IMG/VR virus record: IMGVR_UViG_3300009128_000002 | Source: a virus | DNA length: 64,000 bases | Reading direction: 5' to 3' (one strand) | In this document: positions 17,001 to 26,083 of the stretch, one piece after another | How the letters are laid out: each line of letters starts with the position of its first letter | Position numbering within the stretch: position 1 is the first letter of the stretch | Notes under the pieces: model-generated | What the model saw: only the letters and a program-made list of their open reading frames with translations | Told to the model about the DNA's origin: nothing | Databases searched by the model: none | Program-made: the position numbers and the translations under genes

Positions 17001-17619
17001 TTTCAATACTTTGACCAATTTGTTGCTCTCTTCTTAGATGTCCATGTCGTTCTAACTTCATCTTTCTTATTTCTAAGTCTTTCTGTTCTTTAGTAGAACC
17101 TATCATAGATCCGTGCATTTTAACAATTTCTGTTGCAACTTGGTTAACGGCAACATAGTTTTGCTCCGACATATGTCTCATACCAGCAAATAAATTTGCA
17201 TTGTGTTTAGACACCTGAAACTGATCCCATGCCTGTTTACCTGCAAGTATTGACTGTGCTTTTTGGTGTTTTTGGTCATCTGTCATATGAGTAGACAAAC
17301 CATTAATTGCATCTAGGACTTGTGTTTGAATGGCACTAAAACCATTCAACAAGTTATTATTCATTTTTTCTTGTGTACTCAACAACTTTTTATTTTGTGA
17401 AGTTTGTTGATCAATTTGAAATTTTTGAAATTTAACTATTTTAGATGTATTTTCTGCAGTATCACTATTAGCATTTGTGTTAGATTTTTCATTTTGTGAT
17501 GGTGTTTTGGTTTTATCTTTATCTTTACCCATATCTTCCATCATGCCGCCGAATTTATCTATACCACCTTGAAGTAGTGCCACTTGCGCTGTTAAATTTG
17601 CTAATGTTCCTATACTCAT
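14008..17619 (-). CDS. gp29-like baseplate hub / tail length tape-measure protein
   Basis: 1203 aa; N-terminal coiled coil, Gly/Ala-rich hydrophobic stretches, C-terminal APVVIDNTTTNNN; lies downstream of gp26/gp51. Confidence 0.7.
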   Translation of the reverse strand: MSIGTLANLTAQVALLQGGIDKFGGMMEDMGKDKDKTKTPSQNEKSNTNANSDTAENTSKIVKFQKFQIDQQTSQNKKLLSTQEKMNNNLLNGFSAIQTQVLDAINGLSTHMTDDQKHQKAQSILAGKQAWDQFQVSKHNANLFAGMRHMSEQNYVAVNQVATEIVKMHGSMIGSTKEQKDLEIRKMKLERHGHLRREQQIGQSIEKFIEAKGLKGKAWTISDLEKLSGEGNGDAKDTLKMIKYAQKIRHGVTLDKYNETQSEPISKKDAEVVAKFVKRRGIPAGNGSKSKSPLGYKYVKGANVSGFDQQRHDTNKNRLRDEVIRTAARRDENGNPLMIMPNMHTLPDFLKNVSMMGVSAGGGRGWKFSEDGEAGLASGKYKMFDHKKEGRSGKTPGLYNTETGKFIEQAQLSMEGGSGALLNPTGTDCCDSIKQIVLSNASILDLMEKKDARDIQARKDMLEAKNDAMFAGGKKGGLGALLGKGGGSGGGFLASIGNFLKGNLGAVATAAASIPAYKFSKNKLNEWKSSWKPNKPTANGVPTTDPVNSKTANKTANTMSKVIKGSKTVAKTGLKILAPIEIGDKMQQGQGVTESVINTGHDLVKGVLGVVDLITPDFQEDGTSWIDKYTMSQSDAFGNADKWTTSMSFFTQDGGKAGYKTGATKFKTGIDWKRATKLGNAAENVHGVVDVGSGISDIEDLEGLAKLPAQTIEALIAQYTWSDGDEKLLKDILNAKLEGKSITYSDGGWFGFENIKFGKKGTAAKFSDEVKVSGLSKASMNNSYSGVGKAHDDLNGLKWWSSEAILTGDELKEYKAMRSRQHKSLSGLERGSDAYTLQKHKFYDEQKAFLDSKSVDDDEQMKLIKGIDGVTADKDLQDHVNKMMSEPGSAYVHDIHTESWLEKIYNAVTGSGGDHGYDENDIDGKGWGKGKSKPLSPGEKAGAARGSRNNKKWMKDVEEARKRGEPPPPPPVVGEDYKPVYSSLVATQSAIIGNNAMQGSKWFNKGYIPGEEKWSLAKHWVNETSQLTRSNQAFRTGANGLSTLRPLSAFSTSGTLGTGPTAGFRNISKFGSRALPGLGAGLAGWDMTNRINNDDYLGAALSAGSAVPGWGLLPLGLQMGTDAMGWTGQQSKSIMDGYVPITNLQPNEQFGGNVQNSAPVVIDNTTTNNNTSSNNIYAQSTAHSPSLPNGVGSSLEYSVSSRG

Positions 17620-17631
17620 TTCTATATCCTA

Positions 17632-17865
17632 TTATAGTTTTTGTGCTTCAATACGTTCTTTTTCTTCTTTAATATGTTGTTGTATTAAGTCAACATATAT
17701 TTTCCTTTCAAAAGGGATCATATTTTCTAAATCGTAAAGACTATAATTGTGATGTTGCATAAGTTGGAAGTTTGTCAAATAAAAATTTGACAACGAATCG
17801 TAACTTATGCTAAATCGAAAAAAGCCTCTAACCCCTCGACAATAATATCTTCTGTATAACCACAT
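17632..17865 (-). CDS. gp51: gp51-like baseplate hub assembly protein (possibly expressed as a -1 frameshift extension of gp26)
   Basis: TNF.LMQHH.YSL..LENMIP.ER.IYV motif; start uncertain. Confidence 0.8.
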   Translation of the reverse strand: MWLYRRYYCRGVRGFFRFSISYDSLSNFYLTNFQLMQHHNYSLYDLENMIPFERKIYVDLIQQHIKEEKERIEAQKL

Positions 17866-18548
17866 TCAGAACATTTATATTTAATAATATGTCTTAATGT
17901 AGGTTGTTCATCAAAGAATTTTCTAATGTCACTAAACACGTTTTCATTTAATGCTTCGATAAAGTTTAATAATTCTTTCTTAGGTGTTTCATTACCTTTG
18001 TATATCTTATCTGCATCGAAAATATAATCAATAGAATCTACAATAATTTTGAACATCTTATCAGTTTCAGATGTTTCATTATTATATCTTTTTAGATCAC
18101 CAGCAGATAAATACTTAAATTGAATACCAATTTCATCATCAATCATTACCTTACTATTATCTTCTTCAGGGAATTCGACCTTAATGTCACCAATATCAAC
18201 AGAAACACTATTCGTCGCACCACACATTTTTCCATCAACTTCATTTTGACATACATATGCAGTTTCAATTAATTCACCACGACTTCTAGATCTAATATTT
18301 AAAAACAAATAATCAATATCAAAGTTAGGTAACTTTTCTGGTTTAACTTTACCAAATGTACAGTTTTTAATTATTTGAAATGTAGATTCTGTTATTACAT
18401 CATCTTTATCTTTATCATCTTGTTTAGCACTCTCAAGTGCAAGTAATAGTATCTTTTCTTCTTTTACTAGAAAAGGTCTATATTCAATAACTTCTTTATT
18501 ACTTGGTAGTTCTAGTTTATATTTCGGTGTTTCTATTTGTGGTAACAT
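17805..18548 (-). CDS. gp26: baseplate hub subunit/assembly chaperone gp26
   Basis: LP.I.TP.Y.L.LPS....I.YRPFLVKEEKILL, D..YLFL.IR..S.GE, two Cys pairs, EGL..FF end. Confidence 0.92.
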   Translation of the reverse strand: MLPQIETPKYKLELPSNKEVIEYRPFLVKEEKILLLALESAKQDDKDKDDVITESTFQIIKNCTFGKVKPEKLPNFDIDYLFLNIRSRSRGELIETAYVCQNEVDGKMCGATNSVSVDIGDIKVEFPEEDNSKVMIDDEIGIQFKYLSAGDLKRYNNETSETDKMFKIIVDSIDYIFDADKIYKGNETPKKELLNFIEALNENVFSDIRKFFDEQPTLRHIIKYKCSECGYTEDIIVEGLEAFFDLA

Positions 18549-18595
18549 TTTATTATCATCCTATATCATTATTTAAAATTAATATTATATCACAT

Positions 18596-19138
18596 TCAAT
18601 CAGTTTGTACGCTAACCCAATCACGGAACGCAAGTGTTAATGTAAACGTTGACACTTCGCTATTGTCCCAAGATAATTCAACCTGTCCCATATTATTTGG
18701 CCAAGCCTCTAACAATTGAATAGAATACTCTTCTTTCAACTTTCTATTTAGTGATGTTATTCTCACTGTTGTGTTGTACATATCATAATATAAATTTCTA
18801 TACAGATTACTAGACCCTAAACCAGCTCCATGTATTACAGATATCCAGGCATCAAACCAATCCCTTTCTCTCATATCTTTACTACACATAATAGTTAAGG
18901 GTAATGTATCTACAATCATTTCATTTGCCATTTTAAATTGAGCACCAAACCGTTTTATTTGTTGCTCACCCAATTGCTTCCCTGGCAGTGCGGCCGCCTT
19001 AACCATAAATTTCATGGTATCAGGTATATCTGCACCTGCGAATCTAAGAATAGGGGGTGCAGATATTTCAACTTCAAAAAGATTACTTCTTGCATAATCT
19101 CCACTTTGTAATTGTTTATTGAATTTATCGTAATTCAT
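18596..19138 (-). CDS. gp19/gp54-family tail tube-like protein
   Basis: ARSNLFEV, KAAALPG, R.WF..W, AWP.....LSWD, F.LT.AFR.W. Confidence 0.8.
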   Translation of the reverse strand: MNYDKFNKQLQSGDYARSNLFEVEISAPPILRFAGADIPDTMKFMVKAAALPGKQLGEQQIKRFGAQFKMANEMIVDTLPLTIMCSKDMRERDWFDAWISVIHGAGLGSSNLYRNLYYDMYNTTVRITSLNRKLKEEYSIQLLEAWPNNMGQVELSWDNSEVSTFTLTLAFRDWVSVQTD

Positions 19139-19819
19139 TTATTTGCTCCAAACTTCCTTTGCACTCGCACCAACAAATTTCTGGTATGGAAGATATATTA
19201 CATTCTCCCATTCTCTAGGATGTGACTCCATTAAACTTGTTCTAACTTGACTGTATAGATATTTATGAATCATCTTGTCTGCATTAGGTATTGTTTTAAC
19301 AATATTCCACGTTACATTAAATATTGCTTTATGATCAAATGTTTCAGGATCTCCCTTTTGACTGGCAAATTTTAATAGTTTATTTAAAAACCTCTCTCTA
19401 TCTGTTGGTTTAAGGTAGTGGAAATTTAGTCCAATAAATCCACCTTGATATACATCAAGGACTACAATTAGTGGGAACTTATCCCAATACGGTAATGTTT
19501 TCTTATGTTTTGCATCATACCCAAATGTGTATATCTTTCCAGGCATTAGTTTTGTTTTTTTCTTAAATCCCTTTGCAGACTCACCTACTTTATCTTTAAA
19601 CCAATTACCTGCATTTTTAGTTTTCTTATATTTTGATAATTTCTTTTTTGGCGTTAGAGCACGTTTTGTTAGTCCTTGTGCAATATTCTTTCTTGCCATT
19701 CTACCAGTTTTACCAGTTTTTGTCACCTGACCCCATTGTGCGCCCAACCAACGATAGACTTTTCTATCACTGCCTTTAATTTCGGTTCCAACTGGTATTG
19801 ATGTTTGTTTTTTTGGCAT
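19139..19819 (-). CDS. gp2: DNA end protector protein gp2
   Basis: Y.F.YDAKHK.TLPYWDKFPL, GLNFHYL, H.YL...VR, W.....LP..KF. Confidence 0.9.
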   Translation of the reverse strand: MPKKQTSIPVGTEIKGSDRKVYRWLGAQWGQVTKTGKTGRMARKNIAQGLTKRALTPKKKLSKYKKTKNAGNWFKDKVGESAKGFKKKTKLMPGKIYTFGYDAKHKKTLPYWDKFPLIVVLDVYQGGFIGLNFHYLKPTDRERFLNKLLKFASQKGDPETFDHKAIFNVTWNIVKTIPNADKMIHKYLYSQVRTSLMESHPREWENVIYLPYQKFVGASAKEVWSK

Positions 19820-19820
19820 A

Positions 19821-20261
19821 TTACTTTACTAAATGTTTTTCTGTTAAAATCTTAAATTCCCATTTTCTATCTTTACAAAACTCTTCTGCTTCTTTCCATT
19901 TCGCTTCATTAACTTTCCAAGTCTTTAGTTCTCTTAAATATCTATGTTTACTCTTTGCAGTCTTTCCCATTTTGGGTGGACGGGTTTGTATATCTGGTTT
20001 AACCTCAATCAACGTATGCTTGATGTTGCCATCAGTATCGCGGGTTTTGATAAGAAAATCTACATAATATCTATGCATTTTATTATCAACTGGACTATAG
20101 TATGGTATTACCACTTCTTCACTATTCCAAGCAATCACTGATGGATTATTATCACAATAACGCATAAAGGTTCGTTCCCACAAACTTCGGTATTGTACAT
20201 TATCTACATTACCAACGTATTTGTCGCGGTTTTTAACTTTGTATTTGCCTTTATATGCCAT
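19821..20261 (-). CDS. gp4: head completion protein gp4 (TnsA-like nuclease fold)
   Basis: YKGKY...N..KY.G, YRSLWER.FM..CD.NP, HRYYVDF, IEVKP, N.AKW. Confidence 0.95.
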   Translation of the reverse strand: MAYKGKYKVKNRDKYVGNVDNVQYRSLWERTFMRYCDNNPSVIAWNSEEVVIPYYSPVDNKMHRYYVDFLIKTRDTDGNIKHTLIEVKPDIQTRPPKMGKTAKSKHRYLRELKTWKVNEAKWKEAEEFCKDRKWEFKILTEKHLVK

Positions 20262-20267
20262 CGACTA

Positions 20268-20281
20268 TATTTATATAAATA
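20268..20281. promoter_or_regulatory. overlapping divergent late promoters
   Basis: palindrome TATTTATATAAATA gives TATAAATA on both strands between gp4 and gp48. Confidence 0.8.
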
Positions 20282-20319
20282 GAAGATATAATAATTATCA
20301 CATCAATTAGAGAATAAAA

Positions 20320-21363
20320 ATGGGTGCATTACAAATAATCAATAAGGTCGGCAAGTGGATACAAGATAATAAAGCCGCCTCGGGTGCTTTCGCAGGTGCT
20401 ACTGGAGCTGGTACAATTGGATTAAATGATTTGTTTTCTGGGCCTGATATATTGCCAGATAATTTAAAAGGGGGCGATGTAGTTGTACAGTTCCCTGAGG
20501 ATAATGTTTCGGGTGGTGACTTTTGGACTGAACTTACTTTTTTTAGTTGGAAAAGATCTAAAAATGGTGTACATTTAGACGATGATACATTTGATGGGGT
20601 AAATACACAAAGTTCAACAACCAAAACAGACTTTCTAGGTATATGTAAATTACCTATGCCTTTACAACTATCAACTGGTTATTCTGGTAGATTTTCTGAA
20701 GCAGATAATATGAGTGTAGATAGGGACGGTACTGGTACTATGGGTGATCTTGGTGAAAGGGTTGGTGGTATTTTCACTGGTCTAGGTTTGGAGATCAAGG
20801 CGGCAGGAAATGCGCTTGCAAATCTTAATAATACTGCTAAGATGTCAAATGCAAGTATTAATAATAACCATATGGGAATGCAATATGAAGGTGCAAATCT
20901 TAGAGGACATTCTTTTAGTTGGAGATTGTCTGCCAAAAATGCATCTGAACAGTTGGCAATTCAAAAGGTTATTTTCTATTTAAAGGCAATGTCATTACCT
21001 GCCAATAATTGGGGTGGTGCAGAGGATTTTGAATTCTTTAAACAGACTTTGGAAGGAATGTCAATGTCGGCAGATGAAGGTGTCAAAATTCCAAAATTAC
21101 CATCCGACGCAACTGCAGAATCCACAGGTGGTGGCAGATTAACAATTCCACCAACAGTTGCAATAAGGTTTTTAGATGGTGATAATGAAAATGAATCTTT
21201 ATTTAAGATTAAGGATTCATTCATCACAAACGTTGAAGTTAATTATACATCTTCTGGTACTTGGACACCTCATGTAGACGGTTCACCTATGGAAGTTCAA
21301 ATTAATATAACACTTAAAGAAGTGAAAATGATTACACGTAAAGATGTTTTAGCAGGATATTAA
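20320..21363 (+). CDS. gp48: baseplate tail-tube cap gp48
   Basis: L.MP, Y.G..LR.HSF.W.L, IT.V.VNY, DGSP......TLKE...ITR.D. Confidence 0.8.
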   Translation: MGALQIINKVGKWIQDNKAASGAFAGATGAGTIGLNDLFSGPDILPDNLKGGDVVVQFPEDNVSGGDFWTELTFFSWKRSKNGVHLDDDTFDGVNTQSSTTKTDFLGICKLPMPLQLSTGYSGRFSEADNMSVDRDGTGTMGDLGERVGGIFTGLGLEIKAAGNALANLNNTAKMSNASINNNHMGMQYEGANLRGHSFSWRLSAKNASEQLAIQKVIFYLKAMSLPANNWGGAEDFEFFKQTLEGMSMSADEGVKIPKLPSDATAESTGGGRLTIPPTVAIRFLDGDNENESLFKIKDSFITNVEVNYTSSGTWTPHVDGSPMEVQINITLKEVKMITRKDVLAGY

Positions 21364-21364
21364 G

Positions 21365-21871
21365 ATGAAAAAATACGGAGATCTATTACCAAAACTAGAA
21401 TATAATGGTGTTACTATTACAGACATAACACATAGATTTGTCATGTCGAAAGGTATAGAAAAATATAAAGGTTTATATTTTAAAACCACTATTAAGCAAC
21501 ACCAAACACCAGAAGTTGTATCTCATGTATTATATGGAACAACAGATTATTGGTGGGTAATATGTGCCATTAATAATGTGATGGATCCTTTTTACGATTG
21601 GGTTATGCTTGAAAGTGAAGTTTATGTATATGCAGAAAAGATTTATGATGATATTAATGATATACATCATTGGGAAGATGAAGACTATAATATGTTTGAT
21701 TCTAATAATGCAGAAGAAACTTTAGAACCTATTACTAATATAGAATGGGAAATATATAAAAACGATAAAAAATTGAGAATTAATACAATTAAACCAAAAC
21801 ATATAGAACGTCTTGCACGTGAATTCCAATCACTAACAAAAACTGTAAAACAACAATACCAAGAAGGGTAG
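21365..21871 (+). CDS. gp53: baseplate wedge subunit gp53
   Basis: PE.VS..LYG..DYWWVI...NN..DP..DW. Confidence 0.9.
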   Translation: MKKYGDLLPKLEYNGVTITDITHRFVMSKGIEKYKGLYFKTTIKQHQTPEVVSHVLYGTTDYWWVICAINNVMDPFYDWVMLESEVYVYAEKIYDDINDIHHWEDEDYNMFDSNNAEETLEPITNIEWEIYKNDKKLRINTIKPKHIERLAREFQSLTKTVKQQYQEG

Positions 21872-21875
21872 ATAG

Positions 21876-23159
21876 ATGTCAGATTTAATTAATACGAAAC
21901 AGGCGTCAGAATGGAACGTTTCTATTGTTACTATGAATGGTGAAGAAGTTTCATTAACACCTTTAGTTCAACAAGTATCTATTTATGAATCTGTATATAA
22001 TAATTGTATGTTTGGACATATTATATTCTCTGATAATGTTGGTACAATTGAAACACTTGGTTTAGTAGGTACTGGTGAAGAGAAGATAAAAATATTTATC
22101 GAAACACCAAATTACATGACTGATATGGATACAACTGATTTTGAAAAAACATTTGTATTAAATTCATTATCAAATGTTAAACGTCATCAAGACGGAACTG
22201 GTAGAATGACTTTTAAAATTGGTTTTGTATCACCATTCTTAATTAAGAATAATAATACCAAAATTAGTCGGTCATTTAACTCAATGTCAAGTGATGAAAT
22301 TGTTGATTATATTGCGGCTGAAGTTATGGAATTTGGTGTTGATGGTGATACAACATTAATATCAAATACACCTACCAAACGAACTAAAAATATTGTAATT
22401 CCAAATTGGAGACCTTTTGAGGTATTAAACTTTCTTGCTAAAAATTCAGTTTCTGTAGACGGTGATTCTGATTATATATTTTATGAAAATAACGAAGGGT
22501 TTCACTTTACAACAATTGAAGCATTAAAGAATAAACCTATTACTAGAACGATAACGGTGTCTGAAGTCAATACAGATTTATTTGGTGCCGAAGGTGGTGG
22601 TACATTATCAGGAAATAATGCAGTGAAATATGAAGAAACAGAGAGGTTTGATTTCTCAAAAAACATATCAAAAGGTATGTATGGTTCTAAAATAAACACT
22701 CATAACATTTTAACAAAACAATATGAAACTTATGAAATTGTAAATGAACCATTAGATGTTGTGTTGGGTGATGTTGGTTTTGGTGATGTTTATAGAAAAG
22801 AACAAATACCTAACGCACACGTTGGTTTTATGACTTCTGATTATATTTACAATATGCACAGTAAGGAAGAACGTTCACACTATGCACTTTACGATATGAA
22901 GATGACAAGTTTTAGGTCTAATATTATTAAGTTTGATATTGCAGGTGATAGTAATATTTATGCAGGTGATGTTATTGAGTTGTTAATACCATCAACAACT
23001 GGTGAATCGCAAGAAATGGATAAATATATGAGTGGTTCTTTTCTAGTATCTGCAATACATCATAAACTTAGTAATGCAGAATACGTAATGACTTTAGAAT
23101 GTACTAAAGATGGTTTTGATTTTGATGTAGAAGAACCAATTATATCAGCGAGAGGATAA
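21876..23159 (+). CDS. baseplate hub protein (gp27-like)
   Basis: IYES....MFG, G.E.I, IPNWRPF, FYEN..GFHF..I, G.FLV.AI.H; lies between gp53 and gp5. Confidence 0.75.
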   Translation: MSDLINTKQASEWNVSIVTMNGEEVSLTPLVQQVSIYESVYNNCMFGHIIFSDNVGTIETLGLVGTGEEKIKIFIETPNYMTDMDTTDFEKTFVLNSLSNVKRHQDGTGRMTFKIGFVSPFLIKNNNTKISRSFNSMSSDEIVDYIAAEVMEFGVDGDTTLISNTPTKRTKNIVIPNWRPFEVLNFLAKNSVSVDGDSDYIFYENNEGFHFTTIEALKNKPITRTITVSEVNTDLFGAEGGGTLSGNNAVKYEETERFDFSKNISKGMYGSKINTHNILTKQYETYEIVNEPLDVVLGDVGFGDVYRKEQIPNAHVGFMTSDYIYNMHSKEERSHYALYDMKMTSFRSNIIKFDIAGDSNIYAGDVIELLIPSTTGESQEMDKYMSGSFLVSAIHHKLSNAEYVMTLECTKDGFDFDVEEPIISARG

Positions 23160-23163
23160 TATT

Positions 23164-24210
23164 ATGCAATTTATGGGTTTTGATGGGTTTGTTTGGTTTA
23201 CTGGTGTTGTAGAAGAGCGGAACGACCCTATGCGTCTTGGTCGGGTACAAGTTAGAATTTTTGGTTTACATACTGCAAAGAAAGTAAAAGGTAAAACTGA
23301 AGGAATACCAACTGAAGATTTACCGTGGGCTTATCCAATGCAACCAATAACTTCTGCCGCCATGAATGGTATTGGTACAACACCATTAGGACCTGTTGAA
23401 GGAACGCACGTTGTTGGTTTTTTCAGGGATGGTTCTAATGCACAAGATCCTGTTATAATGGGAACATTAGGTGGTTTTCCAATGGAAGGTTCTGGTGAAG
23501 CAGGTTTTAATGATCCTAATAAATTTTACCCTAAAACAGATGAAGTAATACCAGATAAAGATTATCTAAAAGAACCAGATACCAATAGACGTGCAGTAGG
23601 TGATTTTGAAGATCCAGTAAGTGGTGATTTATGGTTTAGTAAAGATACTGCATTAACAGATAAAGAAGTAAATGAAGATATTGGTGAACGTGTATTTGAT
23701 AAAAAGGTATTAATTGCAGATGGTACTAATTCTGGCATAAACAGTGAATGGGACGAGCCAGAAGATCCATACAAAGCACAATACCCATTTAACCACGTAA
23801 GAGAAAGTGAAAGTGGACATGTTGAAGAATGGGATGATACACCAGAAGCAGAAAGGTTAATGAAGAAACATAAGTCAGGAACGTTTGAAGAAATCCACCC
23901 TGACGGTCAAAAAGTAACAAAGGTTGTTGCCGATAATTACCATATTGTTATGGGAGATGAGTTTATACACATTACAAAGGATGAGGATGATTTTGGTGGT
24001 GATTTATATGTTACCGTTGAAGGTTCTGCACACTTTAAAGTAAAGGATGATTGGAATGTGGAAGTAGGTGGTGACGTTAATATAAACGTTGGTGGTAATT
24101 GGAATGAGGAAATATTTGGTAATAAGACAGTAAACATTGTAGAGAATTATACAAGTGAATCGTTTGCAACAACAAAGATTGTTGGTAACCCTATTCACTT
24201 AAATCCATAA
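23164..24210 (+). CDS. gp5: baseplate central spike gp5 (OB-fold + beta-helix, no lysozyme domain)
   Basis: WFTGVVE.R.DP..LGRV.VR..GLH, DLPWA, YPFNHV.ESESGH.EEWDDTP, VGG repeats. Confidence 0.93.
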   Translation: MQFMGFDGFVWFTGVVEERNDPMRLGRVQVRIFGLHTAKKVKGKTEGIPTEDLPWAYPMQPITSAAMNGIGTTPLGPVEGTHVVGFFRDGSNAQDPVIMGTLGGFPMEGSGEAGFNDPNKFYPKTDEVIPDKDYLKEPDTNRRAVGDFEDPVSGDLWFSKDTALTDKEVNEDIGERVFDKKVLIADGTNSGINSEWDEPEDPYKAQYPFNHVRESESGHVEEWDDTPEAERLMKKHKSGTFEEIHPDGQKVTKVVADNYHIVMGDEFIHITKDEDDFGGDLYVTVEGSAHFKVKDDWNVEVGGDVNINVGGNWNEEIFGNKTVNIVENYTSESFATTKIVGNPIHLNP

Positions 24211-24222
24211 CAGGAGTTTCAA

Positions 24223-26082
24223 ATGGGCGTTCTAGACGGAATAATTGATAATGTAACCAATACAATAGGTGATGTTGTGGATGCAACATCGTCTGAAAAA
24301 AGTTTAACGCCTGGTTTCGATATAAACACACCAGATAGTGGTTATTTTACAGGCGTTGAAGATGCAATGACATCATTGGGAGGTGAATTAAAGTCACCTG
24401 CCTTCGCAAAAGTAGATGAAATGAAAAACGCATCAACTTCATTAAACGTTACAGATAACTTAGATAAATATACTTTAGAGCAAGCCTTTGGTCAATCTAA
24501 TGCTAATGATATGTGGGATACATTAACAGAAGTACAAAGTCTATCTGACGCTTTTGATGAGTGTGGTAATTATGCCCAAGATGCACTATCTTCTGCAACT
24601 ACTGATTATATTAAGAACACTGGTATCCAAGAAGCCGGTAGAGAGTTAGCCAAAAAGTTAGGTCAAGGTTCAGATATGGTTGATTGTGTATCTGGTTTTG
24701 CGACCTTATTCGATTCTGCAGGTGTTATGGACGATGCAATGGGATTGGGTGATTTACCACAAATACAATCTCGAATGCAAAGTGTTATACGTGATGCAAC
24801 AGATCCAAGTAAACTGTCTAATATGCTAATTAACTTAGATGTTGTTAGTGGGTTACTTGATGATTTTAATGGTATGTGTACGGGCATGAAAGATGCATTT
24901 AATAAATTAATACAATCAGATCTTTCTGCTATTAATGCATCGTTGAACAAATTAGCACAGTGGGCAGCCTTTGCAAAGATTGCCAATGCAGATCCTTGTG
25001 CTCTTGTAAATAATAATAAAATGCTTTCACATATATCTGCTCCAGTGATGGATGATATTGTTAAATTATTTAACAAAGCAACTGGTGGTAGTGCCGGACC
25101 AGAAGCCCCTATTATTCCTCTAGGTAATATTTTAGATGGATCTGCTTTACCATCATTACCAACTTTCAACCAAGCACCAGGCTTAGGTTTAGAATCATTC
25201 TCAACATATTTTTCAAGTATTTCAGCTGGGGCCGAAGATGTTGTTGAAGGTATTGCCCCTATGTTTAATTCTGCTGGTGTGTTTTTAGGTAATAGTTTAG
25301 GTGAAATGGGAGCGAGTGTATCATCACTACTAGAAAATAAAGGTGCAGTAGAATTTGATTCTATCTTAAAAGGTAGTAACTTAACAGAGGTTGTTGAAAC
25401 TACTTTAGATGATATGGCATTTGACGAACTTAATTTCGATATAGAAGAATTAACATCTAGTGCAAGTGAATTAACAGATATGGCATTTGACGAAATTGCT
25501 TTAGATACACCAACCATAATCGCAACAAAATCTAAAGTAGTTTCAACATTATCACCAAAAATGGCGGCCGCAGTATCAACATTAAGTAAACCATCATCAG
25601 GTTCGGGTGCCGATAGTGCAACTCCAATTCCTGCTCAACCAAAACCCCATTCAGTATCAAAATCTATTAATAGAAGTGTAGGTAAAGAAAGTGTATATGA
25701 GCCTAGTCCATTTACTGCCGCTTTAGAGGGGTTTAAACAGACTGCAGAAGATGTTGCAGATGAGTGGAGTGAGAAATTTGAAGGAATATCAGATTCATTA
25801 TTAGACAATTCCCCTTGGCCAACTGACATGAAAAGTAATTTCGATTCGCAAAATGTAAAGAAAGAAAAGACTAAAACTTGTAGTTGTGTGGGTGCTTCAG
25901 CCGCGGGTGGTTCTGGTACACCACAACAAGTATGTGCATCTAGAGGGGGTTCATGGAAATGTGTTAGTGTTAAAAAAGATAAAACAGTTAGTGGTAATAC
26001 ATATAACCATAAAAAGAACGTTGAGTTATCGACCACATTACCATCAAGTACACCATTTGATGTAAGTACCATAGGAGTGTAA
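24223..26082 (+). CDS. hypothetical acidic protein between gp5 and PAAR
   Basis: 619 aa, AGGAG SD, internal DMAFDE repeat, C-terminal Cys cluster. Confidence 0.8.
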   Translation: MGVLDGIIDNVTNTIGDVVDATSSEKSLTPGFDINTPDSGYFTGVEDAMTSLGGELKSPAFAKVDEMKNASTSLNVTDNLDKYTLEQAFGQSNANDMWDTLTEVQSLSDAFDECGNYAQDALSSATTDYIKNTGIQEAGRELAKKLGQGSDMVDCVSGFATLFDSAGVMDDAMGLGDLPQIQSRMQSVIRDATDPSKLSNMLINLDVVSGLLDDFNGMCTGMKDAFNKLIQSDLSAINASLNKLAQWAAFAKIANADPCALVNNNKMLSHISAPVMDDIVKLFNKATGGSAGPEAPIIPLGNILDGSALPSLPTFNQAPGLGLESFSTYFSSISAGAEDVVEGIAPMFNSAGVFLGNSLGEMGASVSSLLENKGAVEFDSILKGSNLTEVVETTLDDMAFDELNFDIEELTSSASELTDMAFDEIALDTPTIIATKSKVVSTLSPKMAAAVSTLSKPSSGSGADSATPIPAQPKPHSVSKSINRSVGKESVYEPSPFTAALEGFKQTAEDVADEWSEKFEGISDSLLDNSPWPTDMKSNFDSQNVKKEKTKTCSCVGASAAGGSGTPQQVCASRGGSWKCVSVKKDKTVSGNTYNHKKNVELSTTLPSSTPFDVSTIGV

Positions 26083-26083
26083 T

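Noticed and set aside
19821-20261. Transposon TnsA / mobile element
   Set aside because: The TnsA-like fold here is T4 gp4 in its normal synteny with gp2 and gp48; no transposon ends.
24663-25517. 284-aa antisense ORF (also 15737..16390, 25635..26162, 26397..26843 and other opposite-strand or nested ORFs)
   Set aside because: Shadow ORFs of real genes arising from codon bias; no SD or recognisable motifs.
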